A stretch of 64,000 nt of DNA from an uncultured Leucobacter sp. GTDB lineage: Bacteria; Actinomycetota; Actinomycetes; Actinomycetales; Microbacteriaceae. The position numbers and the translations under genes were made by a program. The stretch spans positions 10,900-74,899 of the forward strand of contig CAZTBS010000001.1 of assembly GCA_964612125.1 (NCBI GenBank). Direction: 5' to 3'. Shown here piece after piece: positions 10,422 through 19,522 of this stretch (position 1 is its first letter; the number at the start of each line of letters is the position of its first letter). The notes under the pieces are model-generated. The model did not search any database, was not told where the DNA came from, and worked only from the letters and a program-made list of their open reading frames with translations.

Positions 10422-11513
10422 CTAGTCACAGCGGGTGCCACCCTCTGCTCGGTGCACGGTGCACCAATCGGCAAGTTGCTGCACAGCCTGCTGGTGCTCC
10501 TCGAATGTCGCGGAAAACACCGTCTCCCCCGTCTCAAGGTTGACCGGCATGAAAAACAGCCAGTCCCCCTCCGCAGGGCTCATTGCGGCACGAATCGCAA
10601 CATCTCCGGGGTTTCCAATGGGGCCGATCGGGAGACCGGTGTTTGCATATGTGTTGTAGAGGTTCGATGCATCAGCGCGTTCTTCGGGCGTCGTCCACAC
10701 CGTATGCGTGTTGCCGGTTCCATAAGCAACCGTGGCGTCTGATTCAAGCTTCATGCCGATGTCGAGTCGGTTCAGAAAGACCCGAGAAATCTTCGGGAAG
10801 TCGTCGAGGTTTGAACCAGCCTCACGCTGAATCACGGATGCGAGGGTCAGCACTCTCCATTCATCACCAGCGGGAACGGCATGTTCCTGGAGTGCCTGGT
10901 ACATGCGATCCACCATCTTTTGCACGATGGACACTGCCGTGTCATCTGGTGACAGGGTGTAAGTGGCTGGAAAGAGGAACCCTTCGATAGACGGGAATTC
11001 GGCAGGGATACCGTACACACTCGGGTCTGCCACAGCAGCCTCAAACTCGGTGAGCGGTATCCCGGAGACTTCAGACGCACGCTGCAGAGCGTCAATCGCA
11101 GCCATTCCCTCTGGCACGGTCAGCGTGAGCTCGAGTCGATTTGCAGGATCCTGCAAGGCGGCGAGAGCAGCCGCTGCACTCATCTCAAGTCGCAACTGAT
11201 ACCTACCAGGCAAAAAATCCACCGGTGGATCCTGAGCCAGGAGGAGCTCGTAGAATGCTTGCTGCGTCTTCACCACTCCGGCTTCGGCCAGAGATGCGGC
11301 GATATCCTCGCCGATCTCCCCAGGGGTAATGGTGATCATGGCTTCTCCGTGACCGTCCCCCTCGAAATCATTCGTGGTCCAACCCAAGGCTTGTGAGATC
11401 CGGTCACCGTAGCTCCCCCACAGCGACAGCCCTGCGACAGCGAGCCCACCAAGCAGAACCGCGAGCACGCCCAGCACAATGACGACCCGTGTTGCGTTGC
11501 GTTTTCCGCTCAT
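10422..11513 (-). CDS. mltG: Endolytic murein transglycosylase (YceG family)
   Basis: N-terminal TM helix. YceG motifs LASVIQREAG, VFLNRL, ESDATVAY and YNTY..GLPIGPIGNPG. The ATG at 11513 follows GGGAGAG and overlaps the ruvX stop (ATGA). Confidence 0.92.
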   Translation of the reverse strand: MSGKRNATRVVIVLGVLAVLLGGLAVAGLSLWGSYGDRISQALGWTTNDFEGDGHGEAMITITPGEIGEDIAASLAEAGVVKTQQAFYELLLAQDPPVDFLPGRYQLRLEMSAAAALAALQDPANRLELTLTVPEGMAAIDALQRASEVSGIPLTEFEAAVADPSVYGIPAEFPSIEGFLFPATYTLSPDDTAVSIVQKMVDRMYQALQEHAVPAGDEWRVLTLASVIQREAGSNLDDFPKISRVFLNRLDIGMKLESDATVAYGTGNTHTVWTTPEERADASNLYNTYANTGLPIGPIGNPGDVAIRAAMSPAEGDWLFFMPVNLETGETVFSATFEEHQQAVQQLADWCTVHRAEGGTRCD

Positions 11514-12043
11514 TGCTCTCTCTCCCACTGTTCCAGGCCACCTGCACCCGCTGCCAATGACGACGAGACCGTGACCGTAGATCCGGGCGCACGCCCCTGT
11601 GCCCGTTCACTATCGAGCGCGTGCTGCAAGATGATAACTGCGGCTGCCTGATCAATCACGCTTCGACTCTGTTTGGTTTTTCGCCCTACCTGACGCATCT
11701 GACCGTGCGCGGACACGGTTGACAGACGTTCGTCAACCAGTCGCACGCTCACCGCGGCGCACCGCTGATCACTGCCAAGTGCTGCAGCGAGTCGATCCGC
11801 GAAGCCCAGTGCATCCTCGGTGGAAGGCGTGTGCTCTCCCCGCAGATTCAGCGGCAAGCCCACCACGATTTCGATGGCTTCATGTTCGCGCGCCAACTCC
11901 ACCAGGCGCGCAATGTCTTGGGTCTCCTCAGGGTCCCGGACCACCGTCTCCACCGGAGTGGCCAGCATGCCGTGCAGATCACAACGCGCGACACCGATCC
12001 GGGCCTTGCCCACATCGACCCCGAGCCGCACTCCGCTGCGCAC
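11510..12043 (-). CDS. ruvX: Putative pre-16S rRNA nuclease / Holliday junction resolvase-like protein (YqgF)
   Basis: 177 aa with RLGVDVGKARIGVA and DERLST. Lies in the conserved alaS-ruvX-mltG-aroE order. Confidence 0.9.
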   Translation of the reverse strand: MRSGVRLGVDVGKARIGVARCDLHGMLATPVETVVRDPEETQDIARLVELAREHEAIEIVVGLPLNLRGEHTPSTEDALGFADRLAAALGSDQRCAAVSVRLVDERLSTVSAHGQMRQVGRKTKQSRSVIDQAAAVIILQHALDSERAQGRAPGSTVTVSSSLAAGAGGLEQWEREQ

Positions 12044-12054
12044 GCTACCCCGAT

Positions 12055-14709
12055 CTACTCGGCCAGGCTGCGCCGGATAGCTGCAAGGGCGTCATCAAGC
12101 TTACTGGGGTCTGTGCCACCACCCTGGGCGAGATCGTCCTTGCCGCCGCCACCACCGCCGAGCACCTGTGCCCCAATCTTGGCGAGTGCGCCAGCTTTGG
12201 CACCGGCATTTCGGGCCGCCGCGGTGGTCGCCGCAATCACCAGCGGCTTCCCCCCCGCTTCGCCAGCCAGCACGACTACGCCAGCTGCCTCACCGAGCCG
12301 CTCGCGCACTTGCTGTGCAAGCACGCGCACATCCTCAGGCGAGCCGACAGCACCAAGAGACGCCAGCACCGCGGTCAGGTCTCCCAACCGCTCAGCAGCT
12401 TGCACGAGCGCAGGAATGCGTTCCTGCAGCTTGGCCGCTTCAAGCTGGGCGATCTTCTTCTCTGCGACCTTCAACTGTGCGCTGAGATCCTGCACCCGCT
12501 GCACGAGCTCCAGTCGTGGCACTTTGAGGCCGCTGGTGAGTTGCTGCACGATCGCGCGCTCTGCGGCGAAATTGCGGAAGGCTTCGATACCCACAAGTGA
12601 TTCGACGCGACGGTTGGTGGATCCAACGGAGCTTTCGCTCACGAGGCTGATCATGCCGACCTCGGCAGAGCTTCCCACGTGAGTACCGGCGCACAGCTCA
12701 CGCGACCAGGGACCTCCGATATCGACGACCCGCACGCGATCGCCGTACTTCTCGCCGAACAAGGCCATCGCACCCAGCGCCTTCGCCTCGTCAAGCGCCA
12801 TCTCGCGGGTCACCACGTCATAGTCCGCACGGATCGCCAAATTCGAGATTTCCTCAATCTCTGACTTGGTTTCGTTCGAGAGTGCTTCACTGTGGGTGAA
12901 GTCCAGTCGCAGGTATCCCGCCTTGTTGTAGGAACCCGCCTGGTGTGCGTTCGGGCCGAGCACTTCCCTTAGCGCCGCATGCACAATGTGAGTACCCGAG
13001 TGCGCCTGTGTGGCACCGCGTCGGTAGTCGGCATCGACGCGAGTCTCTGCCCGCGCGTCGACTGCTACTGTGCCCACCGATACCTTCACCGTGTGCACGA
13101 TGAGCCCAGGCACGGGCTTTTGCACGTCAAGCACTTCGGCTTCAAAACCGTCACCAACAATGACTCCCTGATCACTGTCTTGACCGCCGGCTTCAGCCCA
13201 CAGAGAGGTTTCTGCAAGCACGAGCTCGGCGATCTGCCCTTCACTGGCGGCCTGCACCGGGCTGCCGTCGACGACGATGCCCAGCACGCGACTCTCGTGC
13301 GTCAGCTCGTCATAGCCGGTAAATACGGTTTCTCCGAGGCCCCGGAGCGCGCGGTACACGGAGGGATCAGCGCGCTGCCCCTTCTTCGCCTTGGCATCTG
13401 CTTTGGCGCGGTCCCGCTGTTCCTGCATCAGCCGCGTAAAAGCAGCAGCGTCGACCTCAACGCCAGCTTCCTGCGCGATTTCCATGGTCAGTTCAATCGG
13501 GAAGCCGAGCGTGTCATGCAAATGGAACGCGGTATCCCCGGGAAGGGCGGTTGCGTGGTCCTCAGCCACGGCAATTGCATCCTCGAGCATGTGCATGCCC
13601 GAGCCCAGCGTGCGCAAGAAGGTCTTCTCCTCCGCATAGGCCGCCCGAGAGATGAAATCGAAATCACGCGCAACTTCGGGATACGCGGCCTGCATCGCGT
13701 CACGTGACACAGGGAAGAGAGTCTCAAACGTCGGGCGCTCAACGCCGAGCAGGCGCATCGACAGGATGACTCGCCGCAGGAGACGCCGCAGGATGTATCC
13801 GCGCCCCTCGTTTGATGGTGTCACGCCGTCAGCAATCAGCATCAGACCACTGCGAACGTGATCGGCGATGACCCGCAAACGTACGTCGTCGGCATGGTTG
13901 TCACCATAGGTCTTGCCCGCCAGCGTGGCAGCGGCGTCGAGCACCGGCCGCACCTGATCGATCTCGTACATGTTCTCGACACCCTGCTTGATGAACGCGA
14001 CGCGCTCGAGACCCATGCCGGTGTCGATGTTCTTCTTCGGCAGTTCACCAACGATCGTGAAATCTGTCTTTGATTTCACTTCGGTGATGGCGTATTGCAT
14101 GAAGACGAGATTCCAAATCTCGACGTAGCGGTCGTCATCGGTCGCCGGACCACCATCGACGCCGTATGCGGCCCCGCGATCGAAGAAGATTTCGCTGCAG
14201 GGACCCGCAGGTCCGGGCTGCCCGGTCGACCAATAATTGGTGTCTTTCCCGAGTCGCTGAATACGTTCTTCGGGCAATCCCGCAATGTCACGCCATAACC
14301 CGAATGCTTCATCGTCATCTTCATAGACCGTCACCCACAGGTCTTGAGGATCGAATCCCAAGCCCCCAGCACTCTCCGCGCTGGTCAGGAACTCCCACGC
14401 GAATCGAATGGCACCCTCTTTGAAGTAATCACCGAAGGAGAAATTGCCGCACATCTGAAAGAAGGTGCCGTGTCGCGGTGTCCGCCCGACTTCTTCAATA
14501 TCATTGGTGCGAATACACTTCTGCACGCTGGTGGCGCGCGCATACGGAGCCGGCACAAGCCCGGACAGGTATGGCACAAACGGCACCATGCCAGCCACCG
14601 TGAACATCAGGCTCGGGTCGTCACTGACGAGTGACGCGGAAGGCACCACCGTGTGTCCGTTCTTCTCGAAAAAATCGAGCCAGCGCTGCCGGATCTCTGC
14701 GGTCTGCAT
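12055..14709 (-). CDS. alaS: Alanine--tRNA ligase
   Basis: 884 aa with FFEKNGH, FTVAGM, GNFSFGDYFK, editing-domain HSGTHIVHAAL and C-terminal GGGGGKDDLAQGGG. Confidence 0.97.
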   Translation of the reverse strand: MQTAEIRQRWLDFFEKNGHTVVPSASLVSDDPSLMFTVAGMVPFVPYLSGLVPAPYARATSVQKCIRTNDIEEVGRTPRHGTFFQMCGNFSFGDYFKEGAIRFAWEFLTSAESAGGLGFDPQDLWVTVYEDDDEAFGLWRDIAGLPEERIQRLGKDTNYWSTGQPGPAGPCSEIFFDRGAAYGVDGGPATDDDRYVEIWNLVFMQYAITEVKSKTDFTIVGELPKKNIDTGMGLERVAFIKQGVENMYEIDQVRPVLDAAATLAGKTYGDNHADDVRLRVIADHVRSGLMLIADGVTPSNEGRGYILRRLLRRVILSMRLLGVERPTFETLFPVSRDAMQAAYPEVARDFDFISRAAYAEEKTFLRTLGSGMHMLEDAIAVAEDHATALPGDTAFHLHDTLGFPIELTMEIAQEAGVEVDAAAFTRLMQEQRDRAKADAKAKKGQRADPSVYRALRGLGETVFTGYDELTHESRVLGIVVDGSPVQAASEGQIAELVLAETSLWAEAGGQDSDQGVIVGDGFEAEVLDVQKPVPGLIVHTVKVSVGTVAVDARAETRVDADYRRGATQAHSGTHIVHAALREVLGPNAHQAGSYNKAGYLRLDFTHSEALSNETKSEIEEISNLAIRADYDVVTREMALDEAKALGAMALFGEKYGDRVRVVDIGGPWSRELCAGTHVGSSAEVGMISLVSESSVGSTNRRVESLVGIEAFRNFAAERAIVQQLTSGLKVPRLELVQRVQDLSAQLKVAEKKIAQLEAAKLQERIPALVQAAERLGDLTAVLASLGAVGSPEDVRVLAQQVRERLGEAAGVVVLAGEAGGKPLVIAATTAAARNAGAKAGALAKIGAQVLGGGGGGKDDLAQGGGTDPSKLDDALAAIRRSLAE

Positions 14710-14800
14710 CTTCGGTGGGTCCTCTTATTGGTTCGAATGGCAGCAAGCTCGAGATGGCGTGCTACCGATGAGCGGCAATGGAACGATCACTCGCTGAGTG

Positions 14801-15025
14801 TCAGGGTTTTGCTTCGAGGTTCGCCAGTCGACGCTCGACGTCATCGAGCGCTTCACTGAACTCTTCCTCGACCTCGCGGTATCCCGCGGCAACAGCATCA
14901 CTGAATTCTCGTGCGCCGCGGCCGACACGATCGAAGAAACGACGACCTTCGGGGGTTTGATTCACAAAGTGCGCTGCGACAAAACCGAGCGCGATACCGG
15001 CGATCAGCCATGTCAGTCTGCGCAT
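14801..15025 (-). CDS. Small membrane-anchored protein of unknown function
   Basis: 74 aa. It has one N-terminal TM helix (LTWLIAGIALGFVAAHF) followed by a charged helical tail. The ATG at 15025 is preceded by GAAGGGGAGAA. No family is recognised with confidence. Confidence 0.6.
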   Translation of the reverse strand: MRRLTWLIAGIALGFVAAHFVNQTPEGRRFFDRVGRGAREFSDAVAAGYREVEEEFSEALDDVERRLANLEAKP

Positions 15026-15093
15026 CGTTGTTCTCCCCTTCGTCGATGATCAGTTCAGTCTACTGGGCGGCAGCGCGCAGTCGGCGTATAACG

Positions 15094-15131
15094 CAGCGGA
15101 GGGAGGTACCGAATGGCACCTCCCTCCGCTG
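15094..15131 (-). terminator. Stem-loop downstream of rpsD (14-bp perfect stem, 10-nt loop)
   Basis: CAGCGGAGGGAGGT (15094-15107) is the exact reverse complement of ACCTCCCTCCGCTG (15118-15131). It lies 15 nt after the rpsD stop (TAA 15148-15146). The trailing tract on the minus strand (CGUUAUACGCC) is only weakly U-rich. Confidence 0.6.
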
Positions 15132-15145
15132 AAGCTGGTTTCGCG

Positions 15146-15775
15146 TTAGCGAGCCGCGTAGTACTCGACCACGAGCTGTACTTCACAAGTCACGGGGACC
15201 TCTGCGCGCTTCGGGCGACGCACCAGGCGTGCCTGCAGCTTGTCAAGCTCAACCTCGAGGTAGCCAGGAACCGGAGGCAGTACCTCAGCGTGACCGCCAG
15301 CGGCCGCAACCTGGAACGGCTCCATACCCTCCGAGCGCTCCTTCACGTGGATGAGCTGGCCCGGCTTAACACGGAACGACGGGCGGTCGACGATCTTGCC
15401 GTCGACGAGAATGTGGCGGTGCACAACCATCTGGCGAGCTTGCGCGGTGGTACGAGCGAAGCCTGCGCGAAGCACGAGTGCGTCGAGACGCATTTCGAGC
15501 AGCTCAACCAGGTTCTCACCGGTCAGGCCATCCTGACGACGTGCTTCCTGGAACGCGATCTGCAGCTGCTTCTCACGAATTCCGTACTGAGCGCGCAGAC
15601 GCTGCTTCTCGCGCAGACGAACCGCGTAGTCACTGTCACTCTTGCGCTTCGTGCGGCCATGCTGACCGGGGCCATAGGGGCGCTTTTCGAGGTAGCGGGC
15701 TGCCTTGGGGGTCAGCGGAATTCCGAGCGCGCGCGACAGGCGGGTCTTGGAACGGGTACGCGACGTAGTCGACAC
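15146..15775 (-). CDS. rpsD: 30S ribosomal protein S4
   Basis: The ORF track extends to 15814. I prefer the GTG at 15775 (VSTTSRTRSKTRLSRALG...), which is preceded by GAAAGGA. Motifs: LEKRPYGPGQHG, YAVRLREKQRLR. About 209 aa, as expected for S4. Confidence 0.95.
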   Translation of the reverse strand: MSTTSRTRSKTRLSRALGIPLTPKAARYLEKRPYGPGQHGRTKRKSDSDYAVRLREKQRLRAQYGIREKQLQIAFQEARRQDGLTGENLVELLEMRLDALVLRAGFARTTAQARQMVVHRHILVDGKIVDRPSFRVKPGQLIHVKERSEGMEPFQVAAAGGHAEVLPPVPGYLEVELDKLQARLVRRPKRAEVPVTCEVQLVVEYYAAR

Positions 15776-15945
15776 GTGGGTCCTTTCGGGTTTCTGTTGT
15801 ACTCCGCGCCACACGCGAGTGACACGGAATGTTCTCTCGGCCAGGCTGTGCCCGCATCAACTGGTGATGCACGCGACACAGCGCACCGTTACGGTGAGGG
15901 AACGACCAGGTGCAGAAACCCGGCTACAGGGTGACTGCCGTCGAT

Positions 15946-15974
15946 GTGTACGCTCACAGCCGAAGAGCGCACAC
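15946..15974 (-). terminator. Possible rarA terminator hairpin
   Basis: GTGTACGCTC (15946-15955) pairs with GAGCGCACAC (15965-15974). This is a 10-bp stem with one G-U pair on the minus-strand RNA, about 30 nt after the rarA stop (TAA 16007-16005). There is no clear U tract. Confidence 0.35.
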
Positions 15975-16004
15975 GACGTTGGCCATCGACTATCGTATCA
16001 GCTT

Positions 16005-17381
16005 TTAACGTCCCCGCGTGATGCGGCGGATCTTCTCGAGTCGCTCTGCGACCGTGCGTTCGTTCCCGTGCTCACTCGGCGTGTAATACACCCGGTCGAT
16101 CAGCTCATCCGGCAGATGCTGCTGCGTGACCACACCCAGCGGATCGCCGTGCGGGTAGATATACCCCTTGCCGTGACCCAGCCGCTTGGCCCCGGGGTAG
16201 TGTCCGTCGCGAAGCGGCTTCGGCACCCGACCAATGTTGCCTGCCCGGACATCAGCAATTGCCGCATCAATCGCGGTGATGACAGCGTTGGATTTGGGCG
16301 CGGTCGCAAGATAAATCGTTGCCTCGGCGAGCGGAATACGCGCCTCAGGAAGGCCAATGAGCTGCGTTGCCTCCGCCGCGGCGACGGCAATGGGCAATGC
16401 CTGCGGATCCGCCATGCCAATGTCTTCTGCCGCGTGCACCATCAATCGTCGCGCAATGAAGCGCGGATCTTCTCCCGCTTCAATCATGCGCGCCAAATAG
16501 TGGATCGCCGCGTCCGGGTCGGAGCCGCGGATGGACTTAATGAAGGCGCTGATGACGTCGTAGTGTTCATCACCGTTACGGTCATACCGCAGGAGCGCGC
16601 GGTCAACCGATGCCGCCACGATCTCTGCGGTGACTACTGGGAGGGTCGAAGATGGCGTTTCGAGATCTGCGACTTCGGAGTCTTTCGGGATCGGCGATTC
16701 GGGGGTGGCCGCGCTCGCCGCCGCCGCAGCGGCTTCGAGTGCGGTGAGCGCCCGTCTCGCGTCACCAGAAGCAAGGTGCACGAGCGCTTCAGCGGCATCT
16801 GAACGCAGTTCTACCGCACCGTTCAGACCATGCGGCGCCGCCACCGCCCGCGCGAGAAGCGCCCGCAGGTCGGCATCCGCCAGAGGTTCGAGGGTCAACA
16901 GCAAGGAACGGGAGAGCAGCGGACTGATGACCGAGAATGAAGGATTTTCGGTGGTGGCAGCGATCAGGGTGACCCAACCGTTCTCCACCCCGGGCAGCAG
17001 AGCATCCTGCTGCGCCTTGGTGAACCTGTGAATTTCATCGAGAAACAAAACGGTTGCGACGCCGTACAGGTCGCGGTCATTCAGCGCACGCTCCATCACG
17101 GTCCGGACGTCTTTGATACCAGCAGTGACCGCTGAAAGCTCAACAAAACGACGCCCACTGGTCTGCGCGACTACTTGCGCGAGAGTGGTTTTACCGGTGC
17201 CAGGAGGGCCCCACAGAATCACGGAAACGGCACCCGGAGCTTCGGACGTGGCTGCAGCAAGGACCCGCAACGGCGATCCGGGGCGCAGGAGCTGTGACTG
17301 ACCAACCACCTCATCAAGCGACCGCGGGCGCATCCGCACCGCCAACGGGGCAGTCTGCCCGGCGGTCAAGCTGGTGTCCAT
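16005..17381 (-). CDS. rarA: Replication-associated recombination protein A (AAA+ ATPase)
   Basis: Walker [14 protein letters not shown], Walker B FLDEIHRF, and a MgsA C-terminal domain. I prefer the ATG at 17381 ([28 protein letters not shown]). The upstream extension to 17462 is Cys-rich and implausible. Confidence 0.92.
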   Translation of the reverse strand: MDTSLTAGQTAPLAVRMRPRSLDEVVGQSQLLRPGSPLRVLAAATSEAPGAVSVILWGPPGTGKTTLAQVVAQTSGRRFVELSAVTAGIKDVRTVMERALNDRDLYGVATVLFLDEIHRFTKAQQDALLPGVENGWVTLIAATTENPSFSVISPLLSRSLLLTLEPLADADLRALLARAVAAPHGLNGAVELRSDAAEALVHLASGDARRALTALEAAAAAASAATPESPIPKDSEVADLETPSSTLPVVTAEIVAASVDRALLRYDRNGDEHYDVISAFIKSIRGSDPDAAIHYLARMIEAGEDPRFIARRLMVHAAEDIGMADPQALPIAVAAAEATQLIGLPEARIPLAEATIYLATAPKSNAVITAIDAAIADVRAGNIGRVPKPLRDGHYPGAKRLGHGKGYIYPHGDPLGVVTQQHLPDELIDRVYYTPSEHGNERTVAERLEKIRRITRGR

Positions 17382-17452
17382 AGTGTCTGATGGTAGCGAC
17401 AGCTCCTGACACTCCGCGCGCGCTGTGGCATAGTTGGAGAGGCACTGACACG

Positions 17453-17471
17453 GTCGACACACGATGTCGAC
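17453..17471. promoter_or_regulatory. 7-bp palindrome in the divergent rarA / DUF349 promoter region
   Basis: GTCGACA (17453-17459), then cacga, then TGTCGAC (17465-17471), 28 nt upstream of the DUF349 GTG. It could be an operator or a small hairpin. Function is unknown. Confidence 0.25.
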
Positions 17472-17498
17472 ATCTCAACTGATGACGGGTGAAACACG

Positions 17499-18728
17499 GT
17501 GAGCGAAGCGACGAACGAACGCCCTTGGGGACGAGTGGACGAGAACCGCACGGTCTTTGTTCGCGAAGGAGACACCGAACGCGAGGTCGGGCAGTTTCCC
17601 GACGGCACTCCGGAAGAAGCACTGGCCTACTATGAGCGGAAGTTCGCGGATCTCGCCGGTCAGGTCACGCTCCTCGAAGCGCGCATCGCACGTGGCACCG
17701 CAGGCGCGGAGGTTGCAGACACGGTGGCAAAGCTGCAGCAACTGTTGATTGAACCAGCCGCTGTGGGAGACATCGCGTCCTTGCGTGCACGGGTGGATAA
17801 GCTCGGCGGCAAAGCCAATGAACTCAGCGAAAAGCAGCAGGCAGAGCGGGAAGCCGCAAAGCAGGAAGCAATCGCACAGCGTGAGGCCATCGCAGTGCGC
17901 GCAGAAGAACTCGCGGCTCAGCCCGAGTCACAGATGCGGTGGAAGGAAACCAGCCAGGCCTTCGAACAGCTCTTCAACGAATGGCAGCAGGCACAGCGCA
18001 CCGGCCCACAGATTCCCAAGTCGCAGGCGGACGCACTCTGGAAGAGGTTCCGTTCGGCCCGACAGAGTTTCGACACGGCGCGACGCGCGCACTTTGCGCA
18101 GATGGATGCCACGAACAAGGCTGTCAAGCAGGCAAAAGAACGCATCATTGCCGCCGCAGAAGCTCTGGCACCGCGGGGCGTCGACGCCATTCCGGCATAT
18201 CGAGCACTGCTCGATGAGTGGAAAGCCGCTGGGCGCGCCAGCCGCAAGCTTGATGATCAACTCTGGGCGCGATTCAAAGCCGCGGGCGACGTACTCTACG
18301 CTGCAAAGGCAGTTGAGGTCGCGCAGACCAACGAAGAATACGCAGCCAACCTCGAGGCGAAGCTTGCGCTCCTCACGGAAGCTGAACCCTTGCTCACAGC
18401 AACAGATCGCATTGCTGCACGCAAGCAGCTCACCGCACTGCAGCTGCGATGGGATGAAATCGGTCGCATCCCTCGCGAGTCTCTGCGCGAGGTCGAAGGT
18501 CGCATGCGCGCCATCGAGGAGCACGTGAAGCACCTTGAAGACGAGCACTGGAGGAAGACGAACCCAGAGACCAAGGCTCGCAGCGAAGGCTTGCGCGGCC
18601 AGCTGGAGGCGTCGATCGCGGAGCTTGAGGCAGAGATTGCCAGCACGACGAACGATCGTGCGCGTAGCGAAGCAGAAGCGAAGCTTGCTACGCAGCGCTC
18701 GTGGCTCGCGGCACTTGGCGACAACTAG
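17499..18728 (+). CDS. DUF349 domain-containing protein
   Basis: 409 aa. The N-terminus (PWGRVDENRTVFVREGDTEREVGQFPDGTPEEALAYYERKF) is followed by repeated, highly charged helical modules (..WKRFR.A...F..) typical of DUF349. GTG start. Confidence 0.85.
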   Translation: MSEATNERPWGRVDENRTVFVREGDTEREVGQFPDGTPEEALAYYERKFADLAGQVTLLEARIARGTAGAEVADTVAKLQQLLIEPAAVGDIASLRARVDKLGGKANELSEKQQAEREAAKQEAIAQREAIAVRAEELAAQPESQMRWKETSQAFEQLFNEWQQAQRTGPQIPKSQADALWKRFRSARQSFDTARRAHFAQMDATNKAVKQAKERIIAAAEALAPRGVDAIPAYRALLDEWKAAGRASRKLDDQLWARFKAAGDVLYAAKAVEVAQTNEEYAANLEAKLALLTEAEPLLTATDRIAARKQLTALQLRWDEIGRIPRESLREVEGRMRAIEEHVKHLEDEHWRKTNPETKARSEGLRGQLEASIAELEAEIASTTNDRARSEAEAKLATQRSWLAALGDN

Positions 18729-18790
18729 CTCTATCCACAGCTCGAAACTTTCTTACGCCTGGCGCCACGGAGTCCATCAGACTGAGGGGC

Positions 18791-19522
18791 ATGGCAACCG
18801 GGAACAACATCACACCTGAAGGTCTCGTTTCGAGCGCGGGTCTTCCCAACCCACCACGCTTTGACCTGTGGCCAGCAGCCCTGCAGTCGAGTGAACGCTT
18901 ACGGGGAACGCTGGTACCGTGCGGTCCAGGCCTGCGCGGTGTGGGGTGGCCTGACACACCCCGCGTCAGGCTTGCCGCCCTCGCGCCCTGGCTGGAAAAG
19001 CGTCGTATCGCGGCGTACTTGACCGCCGCCTGGGTGTGGGGCGCCGCCCGCGACCCCGGCACTCCGTTGCGTCTGACTATGCCCACTGGCTATCGACCGC
19101 GACGCAGTCGAGGCCCAGACGTGCACGTGCACGAACTGCGACTCGCGCCCGCAGACGTGCATCAGTTTGGTGCGTTCGCTGTCACCTCACCGCAACGCAC
19201 AATCATCGACATGCTCTGTGATCCGGCACCACTCCAACTTCGCGAAGTCGTCGCGGTGCGGCTGCTCCTCACCCTCGTTGCAGGTGGTCGCACAGCGATC
19301 TTTGCCGATCTTCATGACCGGCATCGACCGCGAAAGCAAGTCGCCCTGGCGCGGCTCACTGACCTTCGGGCAGATCCCCCAGTTCTCCCTGAGAACGCGC
19401 TAACCAGCGTTCATGCGGTACGCGTCGTAGACTCCGTCGATCCGCCGCACGGCATTCAGCACATGCTCGAGGTGCATGGTGTTCCCCATTTCGAAAATGA
19501 AGCGGCTGATGGCCAATCGTGA
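18791..19522 (+). CDS. Short AbiEi_4 / DUF559-N-terminal-like protein, possibly truncated; true 3' end uncertain
   Basis: The segment LRGTLVPCGPGLRGVG..RVRLAALAPWLEKRRIAAYLTAAWVWGA..PLRLTMPTGYRPRRSRGPDVHVHELRLAPADVHQFGAFAVTSPQRTIIDML follows the pattern of the N-terminal module of AbiEi-like / DUF559 proteins, recognised from memory. No C-terminal nuclease or toxin-partner domain is present. The reading frame runs 123 nt into the 3' end of convergent relA. The start could be the ATG at 18791 or the GTG at 18701. Confidence 0.45.
   Translation: MATGNNITPEGLVSSAGLPNPPRFDLWPAALQSSERLRGTLVPCGPGLRGVGWPDTPRVRLAALAPWLEKRRIAAYLTAAWVWGAARDPGTPLRLTMPTGYRPRRSRGPDVHVHELRLAPADVHQFGAFAVTSPQRTIIDMLCDPAPLQLREVVAVRLLLTLVAGGRTAIFADLHDRHRPRKQVALARLTDLRADPPVLPENALTSVHAVRVVDSVDPPHGIQHMLEVHGVPHFENEAADGQS

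Noticed and set aside
15099-15105. A shared GAGGGAG core in three hairpins (15099, 28560 and 44745), which might suggest a repeated REP-like element family.
   Set aside because: Only a 7-mer is shared, and the arms and loops otherwise differ. By a rough base-composition estimate a purine 7-mer like this should occur about a dozen times by chance in 64 kb on both strands.
15705-16802. A 365-aa plus-strand ORF. Similar long antisense ORFs occur at 19628..20662, 40287..41273, 42139..43158, 33233..34087, 31549..32406 and 11719..12682.
   Set aside because: All lie antisense to well-supported housekeeping genes (rpsD/rarA, relA, lepA, ettA, phoH, CNNM, ruvX/alaS). None shows domain-like sequence.
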